Positions 46,746-57,622 of a DNA stretch of 64,000 bases are shown in pieces (position 1 is the stretch's first letter; every line of letters begins with the position of its first letter). The stretch lies in the NCBI GenBank assembly GCA_005223075.1, contig NJBO01000002.1:1836-65835 (forward strand), read 5' to 3'. The stretch is from a candidate division TA06 bacterium B3_TA06 (GTDB taxonomy: Bacteria; Hydrothermota; Tepidihabitantia; B3-TA06). The translations under genes were made by a program, and so were the position numbers. Under the pieces are notes generated by a model. That model saw only the letters and a program-made list of their open reading frames with translations, had not been told where the DNA came from and did no database searches.

Positions 46746-49009
46746 AAAAAATACTCATAGCGACCCATCTTGATGAAAGGGATGAGTTGCTCCGCAGACT
46801 GCAGGAGGAGGGGATTCTTCACATCTCGAAGTTTGAAGAAGAAAGGCCAGATAAAAAACAACCCGAGACCGTTGTCCCTGATGCCGGCGAGGCAGAGCTC
46901 AAGCAAACCCTCGTTGGTCTGAATCAGGCTATAGGCTTCCTTTCAGGATACGCACAGAAGCGCAAGGGCGGAGTTTTTGCGGGCAAGCCTTCACTTCCTG
47001 CAGAAGAGTTCCGCCGCCGGGTTGATGAGTTGGATCTTCCGATCAAGCTGAAGCGAGCCTCCCAATTAAGCCAAGCCGCCTCCCGGCTGGAGACCGAGGA
47101 ACGACAGCTCCACGCAGAGCTTGAAACTCTTACCCCATGGAGACCCATGAAGCACCCGCCTTGTGAATATACGAACCTGAAACAAACCCACGCTCGTTTC
47201 GTCTTCGTATCCAGCAAGGAGGAGAAAGAAGCGTTCGCTAAATCGCTTAAGCCTCTAACGGCAAACTATGAGACCGTAAGGCGGGAGGGCGAGACCGAGT
47301 ACGCGGTGATACTTTTCCCAACCAACGAAGAAGAAGCCGTCGAGGATACGCTCAAGGCAACCGGCGTCAAGATGATCCAGCTTTCAGGGTTCGCAAAACC
47401 CCCGACCGAGGAAATCAAAGTAAGAAGGAAACTTCTGGCAAAGATAGGCTCAGATAGGGAAAAATTGACATCCCAGGCTCGCGAGATGAGCGCCGAGCTT
47501 TCAGGACTCCAAACAGCACTCGACCTCTACGGAAACGAGGGTTTGATACGCGAGCAGCACGAAAAGATGCTTGCCACCGAGAAGGCAGGGCTTATCGAAG
47601 GCTGGATACGCAGCTCTGATCGCAAGAGACTTAAAGAGATTGTGGCAGGTTTCGAGGCGAGTGAGGTTCGCAGCATCAAAGCGAGGAAGGGCGAGCGGGT
47701 GCCCGTAGCCCTGCGCAATCCGCCCTGGTTAAAACCCTTCGAGCTGATCTTAAACATGTACGGCACCCCTAACGGACGCGAAGCCGATCCCACACCACTC
47801 ATGGCTCCATTCTTCGCCCTCTTCTTCGCTTTGTGCATTAGCGACGCAGGATACGGGATAGTAATAGCCGCGGTAACCGCGTGGCTTATCTGGGGTCGCA
47901 GGATTCGAAACAACCTTATCTGGATACTCTTCTACGGAGGGGTGCTGACAATATTTACCGGTGCGGCCATGGGTTCGTGGTTCGGCAACATGCCCGATAT
48001 GCTCGAGATCCCATGGCTCGTGGGCTTCCGCGACGCGCTTACCTGGTTCGACCCCTTAAAGAACCCCATGCCGTTCTTCTACATATCGCTTGGACTTGGC
48101 TACTTCCAGATGATGTTCGGAATGGCGGTTGACGTAATAGACGGTCTGCGAACCGGTGAATACGGGTCGGCGTTGTTTGAGACCATGCCCTGGTTCCTTA
48201 TCTATCTCGGCATCCCATTGATGATTGCGACCTCCATGAGCATCTTGCCCAAGATTCTTTTCACACCGCTATTGATCGTCGTGATTGCAAGTCTGGCTGT
48301 CTCGTTTGTTCTATCCAATCGTCCTGGCCCGACCTCTGTAACAAGCGCCATACTTCTGTGGGCGGCGATGACCGCAGCATTTCTTGCCGCAGCAAAGGTC
48401 TTCGGTTTGCTTGCGCTTCCGGGAATAATCCTCAAGGCGCTTCTCATTGGAACCATCGCCGCACTCTGGCTCTACACTGTCTTCAAGGGACTCTCGGAGA
48501 AGACCCTGCGCGCCGCAGGCGTTATATTCGGCGTGCTCGGACTCGCGGCAATTATTCTATACGTAGCCGGGGTGATTCAGGCTAACCTATTCCTGGCCGC
48601 TGTATTCGTCCTCAACCTGATCTTCACATTCTCAGTTCTCAAGGGCTGGGCATCGCGTATCGTATGGGGCGCTTACAGCCTCTACTCCAACACAACCGGT
48701 GTGCTGGGGATCATCCTCTCCTACGTTCGCCTAATGGCCTTGGGGATGGTAACCGCCGGAATCGCAATGGCCTTCAACCAGATCGCCTGGATGCTTGGGG
48801 GAATCCCTGTGGTATCTGTTATTCTCATGCTCATCGTGCTTGTTATCGGTCACGTCTACAACCTCGCGATAAGCGGCTTGAGCGGATTTGTGCATACCCT
48901 TCGTCTACAGTATGTGGAGTATTTCCCCCGCTTCTTTGCAGGCGGAGGGGCAAGATTTGAACCATTTGAGTTGAAAACCCGCTACGTAAAAGTTACAAGG
49001 AGGACTTAG
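46727..49009 (+). CDS. ntpI: V-type ATPase subunit I
   Basis: IEGWI, PVALRNP, DPTP, SDAGYG, LSYVRLMALG, HTLRLQYVEYF. Confidence 0.94.
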   Translation: MGTARVEKILIATHLDERDELLRRLQEEGILHISKFEEERPDKKQPETVVPDAGEAELKQTLVGLNQAIGFLSGYAQKRKGGVFAGKPSLPAEEFRRRVDELDLPIKLKRASQLSQAASRLETEERQLHAELETLTPWRPMKHPPCEYTNLKQTHARFVFVSSKEEKEAFAKSLKPLTANYETVRREGETEYAVILFPTNEEEAVEDTLKATGVKMIQLSGFAKPPTEEIKVRRKLLAKIGSDREKLTSQAREMSAELSGLQTALDLYGNEGLIREQHEKMLATEKAGLIEGWIRSSDRKRLKEIVAGFEASEVRSIKARKGERVPVALRNPPWLKPFELILNMYGTPNGREADPTPLMAPFFALFFALCISDAGYGIVIAAVTAWLIWGRRIRNNLIWILFYGGVLTIFTGAAMGSWFGNMPDMLEIPWLVGFRDALTWFDPLKNPMPFFYISLGLGYFQMMFGMAVDVIDGLRTGEYGSALFETMPWFLIYLGIPLMIATSMSILPKILFTPLLIVVIASLAVSFVLSNRPGPTSVTSAILLWAAMTAAFLAAAKVFGLLALPGIILKALLIGTIAALWLYTVFKGLSEKTLRAAGVIFGVLGLAAIILYVAGVIQANLFLAAVFVLNLIFTFSVLKGWASRIVWGAYSLYSNTTGVLGIILSYVRLMALGMVTAGIAMAFNQIAWMLGGIPVVSVILMLIVLVIGHVYNLAISGLSGFVHTLRLQYVEYFPRFFAGGGARFEPFELKTRYVKVTRRT

Positions 49010-49486
<477 letters not shown>

Positions 49487-49489
49487 CCC

Positions 49490-50062
49490 ATGCCTCGCGA
49501 CAAGGTAAGCGCCAAGATAGAAGCTGACGCAAAGGCACGCGTTAAAGAGATCCAGGCCGAGTTTGCCGAACGCTGCAAGAAGCTGGAGACAGAGCATGAA
49601 GGACGCAAGAAGGCCTGTAGAGAAGAGACCAAAAGGCTTGCCGCGGCTGAAGAAGAACGTCTCAAGAGGGAGATACTCTCAGAGGCACGACTGACGGCAA
49701 GGAGGGAGATACTTGCAGCAAAGCACCAGCTGATAGAAGAGACCCTGAAGCGAGCGGCAGAAAAGTTCACCAAATCCAGGAACTATCCAGCCCTGCTTGC
49801 GAGGATCGTTGCAGAACAAGGCAGCCGAACCCAGGTGCTGCTCTCTGCGAGTGACTGCAAGCGTTTTGCAAAATCTGTCTGGGCAAAGAGGGCGGATGAG
49901 GCACCGATCAAGGGCGGCGTAATCCTGCGGACATCGGCAAGAGACCTGAACTTCAGCATAGATGCCGCGTTCGAAGCGCTGGGCGAGCAGCTCAGCCTTG
50001 AGGTATCCGATCTCCTGTTCCCGGATTCCGTCTGTAGCAAAAAACTCTCCAAAAAGAAATAG
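49490..50062 (+). CDS. ntpE: V-type ATPase subunit E
   Basis: N-terminal coiled coil, IKGGVIL..NFSID; operon position. Confidence 0.85.
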   Translation: MPRDKVSAKIEADAKARVKEIQAEFAERCKKLETEHEGRKKACREETKRLAAAEEERLKREILSEARLTARREILAAKHQLIEETLKRAAEKFTKSRNYPALLARIVAEQGSRTQVLLSASDCKRFAKSVWAKRADEAPIKGGVILRTSARDLNFSIDAAFEALGEQLSLEVSDLLFPDSVCSKKLSKKK

Positions 50063-50077
50063 CCCCACTGAATGTTT

Positions 50078-50104
50078 AAAGGCCCCGCTCAGGCGGGGCC
50101 TTTT
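50078..50104 (+). terminator. Intrinsic terminator, probably bidirectional
   Basis: aaaggccccgc-tcag-gcggggcctttt between convergent genes. Confidence 0.8.
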
Positions 50105-50123
50105 GATTTATGAGAATAGACTC

Positions 50124-51141
50124 TTAACGCTTACGCCTTTTGCGGAACCGCAGCCTGGAGCGAAGGGCCAGGCCGGCCACGAAGGCGAAAGGCAATATGG
50201 GGAAGATAATCAGGGCAGAATAGTACTGATTGTGACTTTCTGCATCGTCTTCAGCATAGGTGAAAACCAGATCCGAATCTATATCCCCCGGATCGTAGTA
50301 ATAGGAACCCAGTCTGGTTATAAAATCGCCTTCCTTGCATACCTCGGCGACAAAAGGATAGTTCTCCTTTACCGCTTCGTACTCGCGACCGTTCAACTTG
50401 TTTGCGTAGTAATACTCGAGATTAATGCCGGCGTTCTGCTCCAGCTTGACACGGTGCTCGGCGATTACGTGGATGAGCAACCCGTAATCGTAACGGTAAT
50501 CGTAATCCGGATTGACGCTCAGGGAGGTAATCCTCATCGGATAAACTATCTGCGACGAGGTAAAGGTAAACTTGACCGGCTGCACGTTTATGCTGTTGTC
50601 GCGAGGGATATCCTGAACGCTGAAGGCAACGAAAACCCAGTCCCGCTCTATATAGTCTCTAAACACCTCGCGAGCCTTAACCGTGTCCGAGGAGTCGGCA
50701 ACCCAGTAGTCGTTTTCCGCAAGCCAGGTAAAAAGGGTGTCGGGATCGTCGGCCTTGATGATTTCGTATGAAAGCACCCCCACGCTTCCTTCCTCGATTA
50801 TCCTAACGCCGTAACCGTCGTAGTAACCACCATCGTAGATAACACCGCAACCAAAACCTCCGTAACTGGGTCTGCACATCTCCTCGATCTGCTCAAAAAC
50901 CGCGATCGTGTCTTCTTCAATCGCAGGCCTGGAGGGGAATGGAACTATCCATCCGAAAGAGCCCGCGTCGCTTGCAACATTGATCAGAAGGTGCAGAATC
51001 TCCTGACTCCCTTCATACTCAATTATAGCGTACTGGTAAGGCTCTCCGACATAAATCCCTGGGGGAGGAAAGATGCCCCCCATCCGCCCAAAGCGTCACT
51101 GCAAACGCACTGACCACCGAAAGAATCAAAACCCGTTTCAT
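50124..51141 (-). CDS. DUF2330-like exported protein, frameshifted in a G6 tract
   Basis: FGWIVPFPS.P, YPMRITS, C-terminal TM anchor; signal peptide from ATG 51141 is out of frame by 1 nt. Confidence 0.75.
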
Positions 51142-51443
51142 AACCTCTCCTTGGTTGAGTTTCTCTGACAATACTCAAAAACACCCTGCCTGTCAAGTCA
51201 TCAACTTCCAATCGTTGGAAGAATACACCCACATAGTGGAACAGTTAGATTGCTGAGTTTAAGTATATTGAGGGAGAAAGTAGGGGCCGGCCTAAAGGTC
51301 TACCCCTGCTTAAAGAATCCATTAAATCCAGCAACGCATGTCTGGCAAAAGACGACGGCACTTCACGACTTGACATAAGTCTCAAAATAACTATAATTAT
51401 ATGTTCGTTGCCACAAATGGCAGCGAGACAGGAGAAAAACTAC

Positions 51444-51746
51444 ATGCGTTTATTCATAGGAAACCTTCCCCATTCTTATAATGAGGAGAAGGTACGTGAG
51501 ATCTTTGCCGAGCATGGCGAAGTATCCAAAGTAGCGGTTCCAACGGATCGTTACACCAATGCGCCTCGCGGCTTTGCTTTTGTAGACATGCCGAATGACG
51601 AGGAAGCCAACGCGGCCATAAGTGCCGTTAATGGAACAGAGCACGATGGTCGTGAACTCAGAGTAGAAGAAGCCCGTCCCCCGCGCGAGGGTGGTGGTCG
51701 AGGTGGCTACAACCGCGGCGGCGGCGGAAACCGCAACCGCTGGTAA
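51444..51746 (+). CDS. RRM RNA-binding protein
   Basis: LFIGNL (RNP2), RGFAFVDM (RNP1), Gly-rich tail; promoter at 51370-51397. Confidence 0.95.
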   Translation: MRLFIGNLPHSYNEEKVREIFAEHGEVSKVAVPTDRYTNAPRGFAFVDMPNDEEANAAISAVNGTEHDGRELRVEEARPPREGGGRGGYNRGGGGNRNRW

Positions 51747-51806
51747 ACCAACAAAATACCTTTCTCGTCATTCTTGACAGTTAGTTGATCGAGATCGAGG
51801 GAAAGT

Positions 51807-51845
51807 AAAAGCGCCAGTCTTTGGACTGGCGCTTTTCTTTTTTAT
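51807..51845 (+). terminator. Intrinsic terminator
   Basis: aaaagcgccagtc-tttg-gactggcgctttt followed by a T run. Confidence 0.85.
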
Positions 51846-51903
51846 TCAACTTCTTCTCACTCAACCTTCAGGAGGGTGTGGAGCAGATAATGACCCGAAT
51901 ATT

Positions 51904-52572
51904 TCAACTAATCTGGAATTCCTGAGCCAAAAATCCCCTGATTCCCTCAATCATTGATTTAACTTGTTTCTCATCGAAATCATTGAAATCTCCGTGAGCG
52001 GCAGAATTTCCAATAGCAAGCCATGATTGGATTTGACTCCTCATTGGTTCACCATACCGACCCATTTTTTTAAGCTCGTCGTTTATCTTTGAAGCTTTCT
52101 GCGAATCATCGATGGTTTCCTGTCTTGCAATTCGTCTCAAGGTATCCTCAAGCGCAACTCTTGCCAAAACTGCTGCTGGATCCTTGAATCCCTTTTCATT
52201 AAGGTATTGGGATTGATCCAACACAGAGCTAAAGATTTCGCCTGCCACAATGAACTCTTGTCTGATTAGAAACCCTCCTTTCAGATCACTCAAAGCCCCT
52301 TGAAGCACAGCTTCAACTGTTTCAAGTACATCGAATAATTTAAAATCACTATCTATAGGTTCATTTCGAGATAATCCTTCCAGTTCCTTATAATAATCAC
52401 TAGCCTGCCCACATGTTATCTTAATAATATTTTTAGTTTTCAATTTCAAGGCATTTACTTTTGGAGTCTCAATGCCACCTCCTTTACGAGATTCCAATAT
52501 CTGTTGAACTTCTTCTAAAAGTTGTTCCAACCTATTTACATAACGTTGGTGGTTAGGATTTAACATAGCCAT
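51904..52572 (-). CDS. AT-rich hypothetical protein, HEPN/DUF4145-like C-terminus
   Basis: GGAGG RBS; PAAVLARVALE..L, WLAIGNSAAHG. Confidence 0.65.
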   Translation of the reverse strand: MAMLNPNHQRYVNRLEQLLEEVQQILESRKGGGIETPKVNALKLKTKNIIKITCGQASDYYKELEGLSRNEPIDSDFKLFDVLETVEAVLQGALSDLKGGFLIRQEFIVAGEIFSSVLDQSQYLNEKGFKDPAAVLARVALEDTLRRIARQETIDDSQKASKINDELKKMGRYGEPMRSQIQSWLAIGNSAAHGDFNDFDEKQVKSMIEGIRGFLAQEFQIS

Positions 52573-52639
52573 TCCTCCATCTATCAATAATACCCTTGAC
52601 CGAGTCTTTGTCAAATGGTTTCTTCCCCCGAAAAAAATC

Positions 52640-52845
52640 GTCATCGCGACCGATCGAAGGGAGGGTGGCGATCTCATGGCACTTTGTTGAAAACACAATG
52701 GAATGTGCTATGGGATTGCCACGCAAGCCTTCGGCTTGCTCGCAATGACAGTAATAGAAAGCCCGCGTTATCGATCTTATTCGGGCCGACCTAATACCCT
52801 ACGGATGTATAAACATCCGAGGGGCACGCTGAGGTCGGCCCCTAC
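52640..52845. repeat. Repeat cluster (GTCATCGCGAC/GCAATGAC pair; GTAG REP with 37-nt insert at 52795-52831)
   Basis: Matches modules at 18450-18571. Confidence 0.75.
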
Positions 52846-52859
52846 GTTATTACAGGACA

Positions 52860-53777
52860 CTACTTCTTTTTCTTTGCCCTCTTCTTCTTTGCCGGGCGGA
52901 AGCGGCCGATCTTCAAAATCTTGCCCAGGTTGGCGTTGGAATCAACCTTGGGGACGATCAGAGGCTTAGCGCACGAGATAAGGGTGGTCACTCCGGGTCC
53001 GTGGCCGGCAAGCAGACAGTCGGAATGGATCACGATGCCGACGGTCACCGCTCCCTTGCGCCAGCTGCGGCCGAAAACGTTGTCGTGATCCGTGATCGCA
53101 ACGAAGTCGCCGAAACGAAGCTTGTCAAGACCGAGCTCGGCGATCTCTTCGCGGTCGGTGGTCATGATGTCGTAGTCGCCTGTTCCCATCGAGGTGGAAC
53201 CCACACCTGAACCCATGAGATGGCCGGGCACTATCGCTACAACCGGGACCTGGATCTTGCCGCCTTTAAGTTCACGGATGCCCATCTTCTTCAAAAGACC
53301 GGGATCCAGGTTGGTAACGTGGATGTCAGGGTACTCCAAAAGCTTAAGTCCCTGCCCCCAGGCGCGGACAAGGAACTTGTCGTCCATGTTGAGCTTGGCA
53401 AGCACGTCGTCGGCAAAATCTATCATAACGTGCTCTGCCCCGCCGTGATGTCCGGTAACTATACCTTTTTTGCCCTTGGCGTCGCCTGAGACAACAATCG
53501 CCTCGTTGCCAACGCAGGAGTAGAAATGATATGAGGTGTTGGGAGGATCGTAGCGCTTCTCGGCGTCCACCAAGGTGGAGACGCCGGGTTCAATGTGGTC
53601 ACCTGCCCAGCCGAAGGCCGTATCACCAATCTTCACGTTGTAGCTGATACCGCCGATACTGGGCAAAAGGAAGGCCTTCCCCTCCGCATCTACCGAGTGA
53701 CCTCTTCTACCCGAAGGATAAGACACCTTACCCTGCACCGAGAGCTTAACCACACGATCCGCGTTCGTTCGCAGCAT
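52860..53777 (-). CDS. DUF4438-like conserved protein
   Basis: GGISYNVKIGD.AFGWAGDHIEPGVS, MGSG.G, GDYDI, HSDC..AGHGPGV. Confidence 0.8.
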   Translation of the reverse strand: MLRTNADRVVKLSVQGKVSYPSGRRGHSVDAEGKAFLLPSIGGISYNVKIGDTAFGWAGDHIEPGVSTLVDAEKRYDPPNTSYHFYSCVGNEAIVVSGDAKGKKGIVTGHHGGAEHVMIDFADDVLAKLNMDDKFLVRAWGQGLKLLEYPDIHVTNLDPGLLKKMGIRELKGGKIQVPVVAIVPGHLMGSGVGSTSMGTGDYDIMTTDREEIAELGLDKLRFGDFVAITDHDNVFGRSWRKGAVTVGIVIHSDCLLAGHGPGVTTLISCAKPLIVPKVDSNANLGKILKIGRFRPAKKKRAKKKK

Positions 53778-53983
53778 AAGTCCTCCTTGGAGTCTAGAGT
53801 TTAGATTGAGAATTATATTAATAACTCCGGGGAGGTCAAACCTGCCCTCACCCGAGGCAGCACTTTCCGGGGCACCTTATTATCACCCTAGTCAGAAGCC
53901 TTGCACGCGACCTCATGAGATGCTTGACAAACCCCGTTGTTTGCCGTAGACTTTGGTCTCAAAGTCATCTAAGGAGGATGCAA

Positions 53984-54223
53984 ATGGCTCTTTTCGACGA
54001 AGTGAAAAACCTGATCGTGGAGCAGCTCCACGTACCGGCTGAGAAGGTAACACCTGAAGCCAAGTTCATCGACGATCTCGGTGCCGACTCCCTGGACACG
54101 GTCGAGCTTATCATGGCCTTTGAAGAGAAGTTCGAGATCGAGATACCTGACGAAGAGGCCCAGAAGCTGGAGACGGTCGGCAAGGTGATGGAATACCTGG
54201 AGTCCAAGCTCAAGGAAAAGTGA
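53984..54223 (+). CDS. acpP: Acyl carrier protein
   Basis: [19 protein letters not shown]. Confidence 0.97.
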   Translation: MALFDEVKNLIVEQLHVPAEKVTPEAKFIDDLGADSLDTVELIMAFEEKFEIEIPDEEAQKLETVGKVMEYLESKLKEK

Positions 54224-54250
54224 TCCGGCGCCCCGGCGAAAGGATTTGCA

Positions 54251-55492
54251 ATGGATCGCCGAGTCGTAGTAACGGGCGTCGGGCTTCTGACCTCACTGGG
54301 TCACGACGTCCCTGCCACCTGGGAGAAGTTGCTCGCGGGTGAAAACGGCATCCGCCGGATCAGAGGTTTTGATCCGTCGGACCTTGATGCCCAGATCGCG
54401 GCCGAAGTCTTGGACTTCGATCCTGTAAAACGCATAGATTTCAAGCAAGCCAGACGCATGGACCGATTCAGCCAGTTCGCCTTGTGGACAGCAAAGGAGG
54501 CGGTTCCCGATTCAGGGATAGAGTTCGGCAAGGAAAATCCTGAACGCTGCGGTGCACTCATCGGCGTCGGTATGGGTGGGATAATCGTGTGGGAAACCGA
54601 ACACGAAAAGTTCCTGGAACGCGGTCCTAAACGAGTCTCCCCTTTTCTGATCCCAATGATGATCCCGGATATGGCCTCAGGGCTTATCTCCATAGAGTAC
54701 GGCATCCGTGGCCCCAACTTCTGTACGGTATCGGCATGTGCATCAGGTGCACACGCGCTGGGTGAATCTTTCGAGCTAATCAAGCAAGACAAGGCCGAGG
54801 TGATGATCACAGGCGGCACAGAAGCAGCAATCACCCGATTCTCCGTCGCCGGCTTTACAAACATGAGGGCGATCTCCAGACGCAACGACGAACCTGAACG
54901 CGCCTCAAGACCATTTGATGCTGACCGTGACGGTTTCGTGATAGCAGAGGGAGCAGGAATCCTCGTGTTGGAGGAACTGGAGCATGCCCGCAAACGCAGC
55001 GCCAAGATCTATGCAGAACTTGCAGGATACGGGCTTTCAGGCGATGCCTTTCACATGACCGCCCCTGATCCTGAGGGCAAGGGACCGCAACTTGCGATGC
55101 GTATGGCCCTTGACGAAGCCGAGCTTAATCTTCAGGATGTAGACTACATCAACGCCCACGGAACCTCGACAGAATTAAACGACCGAATGGAAACCAGGGC
55201 AATTCGGAGTGTTTTCGGCAATCATGCGGACAAGCTATGGGTCTCCTCATCCAAGTCGATGATCGGACATCTTCTGGGCGGCGCAGGCGGAGCTGAAGCG
55301 GTGATAACTGCACTCACCGTAAAAGAAGGCAAGGTTCACCCTACCCGCAACCTTGAGAGACCGGGCGAGGGCTGTGATCTTGACTACATACCAAAACAAG
55401 CGCGGGAAAAGGAAATCAAGGTAGCCTTATCCAACTCGTTCGGTTTCGGGGGCCACAACGTAACGTTGGCGTTCAAGAAGTTCGAAGAATGA
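54251..55492 (+). CDS. fabF: Beta-ketoacyl-ACP synthase II
   Basis: SACASG, INAHGTST, GHLLG, SNSFGFGG. Confidence 0.96.
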   Translation: MDRRVVVTGVGLLTSLGHDVPATWEKLLAGENGIRRIRGFDPSDLDAQIAAEVLDFDPVKRIDFKQARRMDRFSQFALWTAKEAVPDSGIEFGKENPERCGALIGVGMGGIIVWETEHEKFLERGPKRVSPFLIPMMIPDMASGLISIEYGIRGPNFCTVSACASGAHALGESFELIKQDKAEVMITGGTEAAITRFSVAGFTNMRAISRRNDEPERASRPFDADRDGFVIAEGAGILVLEELEHARKRSAKIYAELAGYGLSGDAFHMTAPDPEGKGPQLAMRMALDEAELNLQDVDYINAHGTSTELNDRMETRAIRSVFGNHADKLWVSSSKSMIGHLLGGAGGAEAVITALTVKEGKVHPTRNLERPGEGCDLDYIPKQAREKEIKVALSNSFGFGGHNVTLAFKKFEE

Positions 55493-56283
55493 GATTCATA
55501 GTCTGCATCAAACAGGTGCCTGATACTACCGAAGTGCGGGTCAACCCTGAAACGAACACCCTGATCCGTGAAGGCGTTCCAGCAACAGTTAACCCCTTTG
55601 ACCTGTACGCGGTCGAGGAAGCCTTGCTTCTAAAGGAGAAGTTCGGCGGTGAGGTTATTGCCATCTCCATGGGACCTCCTCAGGCCGAGGAAGCGTTGCG
55701 CGAGGTGATCTCCATGGGAGTTGACAAGACCATTCTGATCTCCGATTCCAAGTTCGCCGGGGCCGATACATGGGCAACCTCGCTGACCCTCGCCGCTGCC
55801 ATCCGTAAGATCGGTGATTACAACATCATCTTCACAGGAAAGCAAGCCGCAGATGGCGACACCGCACAGGTAGGGCCGGGTATCGCAGAGTTCCTCGACA
55901 TCCCTCAAGCTACGTTCGTAAGAAAGGTGGATGAGCTGAACCCTGATAAACAGACTATAAGATTGCAGTCGATGTGGGAGGAGGGATCTGAACGCTTAGA
56001 GCTTCCCCTCCCCTGCCTTATTACGACGGTCAAGGAACTTAACGAACCGCGTCTACCCAGCCTGCGCGGCAAACTTACGGCAAAGAAGGCCGAGATCCCG
56101 CTCTGGAGCTTTGATGAGCTTGCGGTTGAGAAAAAACACGTGGGCCTTGCAGGTTCTCCCACCCAGGTAATCAAGGTCTTCCCACCTCCACCTCGCGCTG
56201 AAGGAGAACTCTTCGCAGACGCAGACCCGGACGAAGCTGCACGCATCATTGCGGATAAATTAACCGAGAAGGGGCTGCTCTGA
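55489..56283 (+). CDS. etfB: Electron transfer flavoprotein beta subunit
   Basis: CIKQVPDT, GADTWATS, GKQAADGDTAQVG. Confidence 0.95.
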   Translation: MRFIVCIKQVPDTTEVRVNPETNTLIREGVPATVNPFDLYAVEEALLLKEKFGGEVIAISMGPPQAEEALREVISMGVDKTILISDSKFAGADTWATSLTLAAAIRKIGDYNIIFTGKQAADGDTAQVGPGIAEFLDIPQATFVRKVDELNPDKQTIRLQSMWEEGSERLELPLPCLITTVKELNEPRLPSLRGKLTAKKAEIPLWSFDELAVEKKHVGLAGSPTQVIKVFPPPPRAEGELFADADPDEAARIIADKLTEKGLL

Positions 56284-57470
56284 TACCATTACGTATTGAC
56301 TACGATCGCTGCACCCTTTGCGGCGAGTGCCTGCCCGCATGTCCGTTTGGTGCCCTGAGGATTCGAGATGATCGCCTATATGTGCTTGAGACCTGCAACT
56401 TGTGTGGGGCGTGCGTACCTGTCTGCCCGGAGGATGCCTTATCAATAGAGGAAGTTAAACGAACTAAAGAGATCGATCCCAGTGAGTGGCGCGGCGTGTG
56501 GGCCTTTGCAGAGCAGCGGCGGGGCGAGATTCAATCCTCGACTTACGAGCTTTTGGGATCGGCCAGGGGGCTGGCTGGAAAGCTCAACGTGCCGGTAACC
56601 GCAATATTGCTCGGAAACGAAGTGAAGGGACCTCGCTCGCTCCTTGCGGCCGGGGCCGACGAGGTGCTCTACGTTAAGAATGAGACCCTGGATCACTTCG
56701 GGGTTGAGCCTTACTCGAAGGCTATCGCCGACCTCATTTCCGAGCGCAAGCCAGAGATCGTTCTCGGTGCTGCGACCTTCATCGGGCGTTCGCTTCTTCC
56801 GCGCATCGCGGTGAGAGTGCATGCCGGGCTGACCGCGGACTGCACCGGGCTTGATGTCGACACCGAGAAGCGGCTCCTGCTTCAGACCCGCCCTGCGTTC
56901 GGCGGAAACATCATGGCCACCATCATCTGCCCCCAGCACCGACCACAGATGGCCACCGTGCGCCCTAAGGTAATGAAACCTCTGGAAGAACCCTACAACT
57001 CAAAGGGCAAAGTCTCTGAAATCTCGGTGGATTCGGCATCCAACCGTGTTCGCTTCCTTGAGTTCGTGGCCGACGACACCTCTCAGATCAACATCGCCGA
57101 GGCCGATATTATCGTCACCGGTGGAAGGGGGCTGCAGGATCCGAAGAACTTTGCCCTCATCGAGGAGCTTGCCGGTCTCCTCGGTAGTGCGGTTGGCGCA
57201 TCACGTGCCGCAGTAGACGCGGGCTGGATCAACTACTCACACCAGGTCGGTCAGACAGGCCGCACCGTCTCGCCCAAACTCTACATCGCAGTAGGGGTGT
57301 CAGGCGCCATCCAGCACCTTGTGGGGATGCAGTCATCGGACTACATCATCGCTGTTAACAAGGACCCAAACGCACCTATCTTCAAGGTGGCTGACGTAGG
57401 CATAGTGGGCGATCTGTTCGAGGTCGTTCCGAAGCTGATCGAGGAGATCAAACGCCGCAAGGGGGAATAA
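56280..57470 (+). CDS. etfA: Electron transfer flavoprotein alpha subunit with N-terminal 2x[4Fe-4S] domain
   Basis: CTLCGECLPACP and CNLCGACVPVCP; GLTADCT, GASRAAVD, QVGQTG; start codon uncertain. Confidence 0.93.
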   Translation: MIPLRIDYDRCTLCGECLPACPFGALRIRDDRLYVLETCNLCGACVPVCPEDALSIEEVKRTKEIDPSEWRGVWAFAEQRRGEIQSSTYELLGSARGLAGKLNVPVTAILLGNEVKGPRSLLAAGADEVLYVKNETLDHFGVEPYSKAIADLISERKPEIVLGAATFIGRSLLPRIAVRVHAGLTADCTGLDVDTEKRLLLQTRPAFGGNIMATIICPQHRPQMATVRPKVMKPLEEPYNSKGKVSEISVDSASNRVRFLEFVADDTSQINIAEADIIVTGGRGLQDPKNFALIEELAGLLGSAVGASRAAVDAGWINYSHQVGQTGRTVSPKLYIAVGVSGAIQHLVGMQSSDYIIAVNKDPNAPIFKVADVGIVGDLFEVVPKLIEEIKRRKGE

Positions 57471-57622
57471 CATTCCCTAAAGCCACTATGCAGGGCACTA
57501 TCTCAAAAGTAACCCTGAATCCGCTTGATTCCAGCGATGTTGTCTATCGAGAGGTGCTGTATCCTTATAACCGAAGCTATGGCTCCAGATAATGACAAGA
57601 ATCCCCAGAAAGGATGTGGTGC

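Noticed and set aside
49962..50771. 269-aa plus-strand ORF
   Set aside because: Antisense shadow of the DUF2330-like gene that crosses a terminator; other long antisense ORFs (39170-39985, 54301-55005, 32345-33049, 20365-20979) were rejected for the same reason.
52573..52698. N-terminal extension of ORF 51904-52698
   Set aside because: Read through a palindromic repeat and promoter region; the RBS supports ATG 52572.
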